DNA of 20,177 nucleotides from Candidatus Thorarchaeota archaeon (GTDB lineage Archaea > Asgardarchaeota > Thorarchaeia > Thorarchaeales > Thorarchaeaceae). Positions within the stretch are counted from its first letter, which is position 1. The number at the start of each line of letters is the position of its first letter. Below, in pieces: positions 16,232 to 20,177 of this stretch. The notes below the pieces were generated by a model. That model was not told where the DNA came from. It searched no databases and saw nothing but the letters and a program-made list of their open reading frames with translations. The stretch lies in NCBI GenBank assembly GCA_029858305.1, contig JAOUFI010000037.1:1-20177 (forward strand), read 5' to 3'. A program made the translations under genes and the position numbers.

Positions 16232-17362
16232 ATGAGTCCTGAATATCCTTCAACTAACCGGTTTATGAAAGGATTAGACCTTAGTCAGGTCTTCTACAAT
16301 GAAGCTGTCAAACCACTCCTAGAGTCAGAGTTTCCGAATCTTGTATACTCCGCAGGTCATTTGGGTTCTGGATCGGATGTACTAGGTTTTGACACAGAGC
16401 AGTCTATGGACCACGATTGGGGACCAAAGTTGTTGATTTTTCTTGGAGAGAAGGACTATGAGAAATACCACGAATCTCTACACACTTATCTGGGTCATAA
16501 CTTGCCTACTGAGATTCGTGGCTTCCCGATAAACTTCGGTGTCCACGATGATGGTACTATCGTTATGCAACTATCGGAAGATAGACCGCTCAATCATGGA
16601 GTGAAGATAGTCACAATCAGGGACTATTTTGAGAGATATCTTACGGTAAATCCACTTGAGAAGATGAATCCGATAGATTGGGTTATTCTCCCTGAGCAAC
16701 GATTACGAAGCATTGCACAAGGTCGTATCTTCCATGATGGACTTGGGCAGTTGCAATCAATCCTTTGGAAATTGTCATACTATCCTAATGATGTGTGGTT
16801 GTACCTATTATCGACTCAATGGCAACGAATTGCTCAAGAAGAACCCTTCATGGGACGGTGCGGACAGGTAGGAGATGAGATAGGTTCTCGTGTTGTTGCC
16901 TCTAGACTGTTATACGACATCATGAAACTCTGTTTCTTGATGGAGAAGCAGTACGCACCGTATATCAAATGGTTTGGAACAGGTTTTTCGCAGCTCAAGA
17001 GTGCAAGTATTTTGACGCCGATCCTTATGCGTGTGTTTGAGGCGACTTCATGGAAAGATCGAGAAGAAAACCTTGTGCAAGCATATGAGATAGTGGCGGG
17101 TATGCATAATGAACTCGGTATTACAGCACCCATGAAAGTCGAGGTTTCAAACTTTCACAACCGACCTTTCCTAGTCATTCGAGCTGAAGATTTCGCAGAT
17201 GCAATCTATGAAACAATCCAGGATGAAGAAGTCCTATTGCTTTCGAAGTTTCTCGGCGGTGTGGATCAGTTTATCAACTCTACTGATGTACTATCAAAGC
17301 CGGAACGATATCCTAAACTCCGGAATATGTTCGCTTCATTATCATTAGAGTACAAAATGTAA
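16232..17362 (+). CDS. DUF4037 domain protein (nucleotidyltransferase-like N-terminus)
   Basis: LGSGSDVLGFDTEQSMDHDWGP, GRIFHDGLG, YYPNDVWLY, YAPYIKWFG, FHNRPF; start at 16232 or 16265. Confidence 0.85.
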   Translation: MSPEYPSTNRFMKGLDLSQVFYNEAVKPLLESEFPNLVYSAGHLGSGSDVLGFDTEQSMDHDWGPKLLIFLGEKDYEKYHESLHTYLGHNLPTEIRGFPINFGVHDDGTIVMQLSEDRPLNHGVKIVTIRDYFERYLTVNPLEKMNPIDWVILPEQRLRSIAQGRIFHDGLGQLQSILWKLSYYPNDVWLYLLSTQWQRIAQEEPFMGRCGQVGDEIGSRVVASRLLYDIMKLCFLMEKQYAPYIKWFGTGFSQLKSASILTPILMRVFEATSWKDREENLVQAYEIVAGMHNELGITAPMKVEVSNFHNRPFLVIRAEDFADAIYETIQDEEVLLLSKFLGGVDQFINSTDVLSKPERYPKLRNMFASLSLEYKM

Positions 17363-17379
17363 AACCCTTCCTCAGTTCC
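17357..17379 (-). pseudogene. Remnant of an rpiA 3' tip (GTEEGFYI), second copy of 19444-19466
   Basis: ATGTAAAACCCTTCCTCAGTTCC versus ATGTAAGAGCCCTCCTCAGTTCC, 20/23 identical; reverse frame gives GTEEGFYIL versus RpiA GTEEGSYIL; same position relative to the DUF4037 3' end. Confidence 0.7.
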
Positions 17380-17709
17380 TCTTTCTTTTCTTGCTCTGGA
17401 ATTGTGCAATTCATGCATCTATAGCCTCTCACCAAAGTTTTCAAATATCTTCCTCCTCAGCTGTATAACAATCAACTTCACGGTCTTCTTCACAATAGAG
17501 TATTGTGCTGTGTTTCTTCATCTGGTATCGAACCCTGAAAGCATGATTGAAGAAATAAAAGACAATTCTAACATACGAATCAAGTCCACTTCCATTTATC
17601 AAATGTTTTCTCGACGAATCTTAATCATTCATCATACTTTCAAAAAAAAATGCAAATACTCAAATAGGGTATTCTGCAAGTAAATTCACAACGTACTTGG
17701 GAGGTATGT

Positions 17710-18060
17710 GTGATGGGCAAATCAGAGATACAATGTCCATTCTGTAATTCAGAGAAATATAAAATTGAAACTCATAAGAAAACTGAGGAGTTTCAGAAAC
17801 TGAAAGGTGGTATCTACTACCTGCCAACTCTTACCAGAGTAACAGAAATCCGTTGGGATGAGAATCCCAACAAAGGACTAGCTGTCCAATGCAAGTGTGG
17901 AAGACATTTCTTTCTTACAGGATTCGGAAATCCAAGTTCAATGTTCACTATCCACACTACATTGCCTGATGGCCATAGTTTTGCTGCATATTGTAGTAAG
18001 TGCGGCAAATCTTTCGTTAGTTCGAACATGCAATGTCCAACTTGTGGAAATCAACTATGA
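17710..18060 (+). CDS. Multi-zinc-ribbon small protein
   Basis: CPFC, CKCG, CSKC, CPTC; GGAGGT RBS upstream. Confidence 0.75.
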   Translation: MMGKSEIQCPFCNSEKYKIETHKKTEEFQKLKGGIYYLPTLTRVTEIRWDENPNKGLAVQCKCGRHFFLTGFGNPSSMFTIHTTLPDGHSFAAYCSKCGKSFVSSNMQCPTCGNQL

Positions 18061-18069
18061 GGTGATTAG

Positions 18070-19137
18070 ATGACAGAAAGTATCGAATATTTCACAGGAA
18101 CAGATGAAGATGCGGTAATTGCTGTTCTTGACCGAGTCATAAAGGATGCGTTTGGAAACGAGCTGGTTGAGGATCCTATCTATGAGCTTGTTCCCGCAGA
18201 GTTGAAACTCGAGGAGTTCTGTGACATTGGAGAGGGATACAAGTCTAGTGGAAGAAGCCCTCTAATGGCCATGGTGAGTGTGGCTTCTGTCTTACATACT
18301 CGTTCGAAGAAAGGCAAAGGGATGTTAGCATCATGGACATTAGTTAGTTTGAAATTCAAAGAAAAACCATACGAAATGAAAATGTTGTTCCAAGGGGGTT
18401 TCATTAACGACACGACATTCGTGTTCAACGCTGTAAGCATGGGGACTGTGTTCGATATCAAGATCCCGAGAGGATTTGTGACCACATACAATAGCGGGAA
18501 ATCTGTATTGACAAGAGCTTCCGTTGCTGATGATACCGAGGGATCTCCAAACGCTTCACCCTTCGTTTCGTTGTTTGAAAGCCAAGCCCGATACGACCAA
18601 TCCAAAATGAACCAGTCACTTGCGCAGATTCCTCCAGTGACATACTTGCAGACGAAGGGACGAATCAGTAGCACTACCTGGTGCTCTCCTACGCCACCGA
18701 AACTTGTTTTCTCACCAAGACATGGGAAAACGATTGTTTCGTTGCAAATTAGTCCTTATCTAGGCAATGCTAAATCAGAAACGGCCAAGTTCACAATGCC
18801 GGGAGAACAGAAACCTTGGATTCTTGAAGTGGCAGTTCCGAATCCGCAGAACTTCCAGAAAGCAAGAAACTTGCTAATGAATACAACTGAAATTCCAGAA
18901 GATCTTCTTGCTGCAGAAGAAGTTACAGGAGAACTAGGTGGTGGCGTGGATACATACTATGCACTTGAACTTGCTCGGGAAAAATTCAGACCCGATAGTG
19001 CGCCATTCACAATGACTGATGTCGTCCGTTCCGGACCTGTTGTAGCTGAGGTTCTACAAGAACTACGGTCTAGATATCCCCAACAGGAGATGAATGTCTA
19101 TGATCTCCTGAAGGGTATCGTTCTGAAGAAGCAATAA
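18070..19137 (+). CDS. Hypothetical protein (355 aa)
   Basis: Long ORF with a GAGGTGA RBS overlapping the previous stop; no motif recognised. Confidence 0.75.
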   Translation: MTESIEYFTGTDEDAVIAVLDRVIKDAFGNELVEDPIYELVPAELKLEEFCDIGEGYKSSGRSPLMAMVSVASVLHTRSKKGKGMLASWTLVSLKFKEKPYEMKMLFQGGFINDTTFVFNAVSMGTVFDIKIPRGFVTTYNSGKSVLTRASVADDTEGSPNASPFVSLFESQARYDQSKMNQSLAQIPPVTYLQTKGRISSTTWCSPTPPKLVFSPRHGKTIVSLQISPYLGNAKSETAKFTMPGEQKPWILEVAVPNPQNFQKARNLLMNTTEIPEDLLAAEEVTGELGGGVDTYYALELAREKFRPDSAPFTMTDVVRSGPVVAEVLQELRSRYPQQEMNVYDLLKGIVLKKQ

Positions 19138-19144
19138 TCTCTCT

Positions 19145-19177
19145 GGAGGGAGAAATATTCCCTCCTTCTTTCATTTG
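19145..19177 (+). terminator. Hairpin plus T-rich tract, candidate terminator
   Basis: GGAGGGA-GAAATAT-TCCCTCC followed by TTCTTTCATTT, just after the 18070-19137 stop. Confidence 0.5.
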
Positions 19178-19239
19178 AGTATATGCAAATGGAACAGGCC
19201 ATCTCTTAATCTCTCACGTATTTCAAGCGTGTTTCTGCG

Positions 19240-19418
19240 TCAAACTTCCACAACCGACCGTTCCTCGTCATTTGAGCTGATGAGTTCGCAGAAGCAATCT
19301 ATGCAATAATCCAAGATGAGGAAGTCCTATTGCTTCTGAGGTTTCTTGGGGGTGTAGATCAGTTTGTCAATTCTACTGATGTACTATCAAAACCGAAACG
19401 AACTCCGGAATATGTTCG
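19240..19418 (+). pseudogene. Decayed 3' fragment of a DUF4037 gene (diverged copy of 17147-17333)
   Basis: Manual alignment: 21 mismatches in 179 aligned nt (~88%), CGA->TGA stop at 19273-19275, 8-nt deletion near 19401. Confidence 0.9.
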
Positions 19419-19430
19419 AGAACGATAAAG

Positions 19431-20114
19431 TCACTTCTTGAGTATGTAAGAGCCCTCCTCAGTTCCAACATGGACCTCATCAGCCATGCCAACAAAAAGT
19501 CCAGTTTCGATGACCCCTGGTATCATCTTCAAGTCAATTGCAATTTGATTGGGATTGAGAATAGGTTCCTGAAATTTCAAATCAAGAATAAAGTTCCCGT
19601 TATCTGTCACAACAGGACCCATTTTCTTTGTAGCTTGTCGGAGTATAGGTTCAATACCCATTTGTCTGATTTTCTTTTGAACTATTCCTAGGGAAAAAGG
19701 AAATACCTCTATGGGGACATGAAACTTAGTACCGAGGTGATCCACTAGTTTGGATTCATCAACAATTATGACTAGTTTCTTTGATGCAGATGCTACAATC
19801 TTTTCTTGAAAAAGCGCCCCACCTCCGCCTTTAGTTAGGTTCAACTCTTTATCAATCTCATCTGCGCCGTCAACAGTGAGTACAAGCTCTGGTGTGATGT
19901 CAAGGTTAGTAAGAGGAATTTTGTAATCAATAGCAAGTTGGTATGCCTGATAAGATGTAGGAACTACAGAAACATCTGTATCTCCCGAGATAATTTTCTG
20001 ACCAAGTTCCTTCGCGAAAATAGCTACAGTAGAACCACTACCTAGACCCATGGCTCCTTGTTTTGGGATTAACGCGATGGCGCTTTTTGCAGCATTCATC
20101 TTGATATGCGACAT
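19431..20114 (-). CDS. rpiA: Ribose-5-phosphate isomerase A
   Basis: GLGSGST, DGADEID, KGGGGALFQEK, IVDESK, VTDNGNFILD, GVIETGLF; likely ATG at 20114. Confidence 0.97.
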   Translation of the reverse strand: MSHIKMNAAKSAIALIPKQGAMGLGSGSTVAIFAKELGQKIISGDTDVSVVPTSYQAYQLAIDYKIPLTNLDITPELVLTVDGADEIDKELNLTKGGGGALFQEKIVASASKKLVIIVDESKLVDHLGTKFHVPIEVFPFSLGIVQKKIRQMGIEPILRQATKKMGPVVTDNGNFILDLKFQEPILNPNQIAIDLKMIPGVIETGLFVGMADEVHVGTEEGSYILKK

Positions 20115-20177
20115 GACATGAACTCCGATTTCAGCTTGAACCAATCCAGCAAAAAGCCTTCCTAGATAATTTAATTG

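Noticed and set aside
16011-16235. 74-aa ORF
   Set aside because: Overlaps the tRNA-Arg(CCT) gene entirely.
17371-17683. Plus-strand 93-aa ORF, and a minus-strand frame with several in-frame TGA codons (possible selenoprotein)
   Set aside because: No selenoprotein family motif or SECIS seen; more likely non-coding or decayed DNA at the cassette edge.
19178-19239. Patchy similarity to upstream DUF4037 sequence (e.g. CAAATGGAACAGG versus CAAATGGTTTGGAACAGG)
   Set aside because: Too short and gapped to align confidently by eye; not included in the pseudogene coordinates.
151-19691. Many short ORF-track entries antisense to or nested in longer genes (e.g. 151-399, 489-758, 1955-2233, 13081-13419, 13709-14098, 18180-18674, 19470-19691)
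   Set aside because: Shadow frames of well-supported genes; no motifs or RBS.

Overview
Archaeal chromosomal window. GGTGA/GAGGTG ribosome-binding sites, BHB-intron tRNAs, EndA, a PINA-type ATPase and HycI indicate an archaeon; an Asgard/Thorarchaeota-like host is my inference. It carries redox and housekeeping genes (SDR fragment, flavodiiron protein, TrxR-fold FNR-like reductase, mtnA, hycI, endA-like subunit, rpiA), accessory genes (SAM methyltransferase, SagB/ThcOx nitroreductase, tandem GNAT, a solitary DUF1156-type DNA methylase, DUF4037, several Cys-rich microproteins) and three tRNAs: Tyr-GTA (1 intron), Arg-TCG, and Arg-CCT (2 introns). The most striking structure appears downstream of two tRNAs and has the same topology at both: tRNA -> copy of the host DNA that normally follows the tRNA -> cargo genes -> second copy of that host DNA. 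At tRNA-Tyr, a 1076-bp integrase-less unit has three tRNA 3'-end copies and a junction at a T-loop-mimicking pseudo-att site. At tRNA-Arg(CCT), an older event left two ~88% identical DUF4037/rpiA junction copies around a two-gene cassette. This suggests tRNA-targeted mini-elements that capture flanking host DNA and re-insert it.
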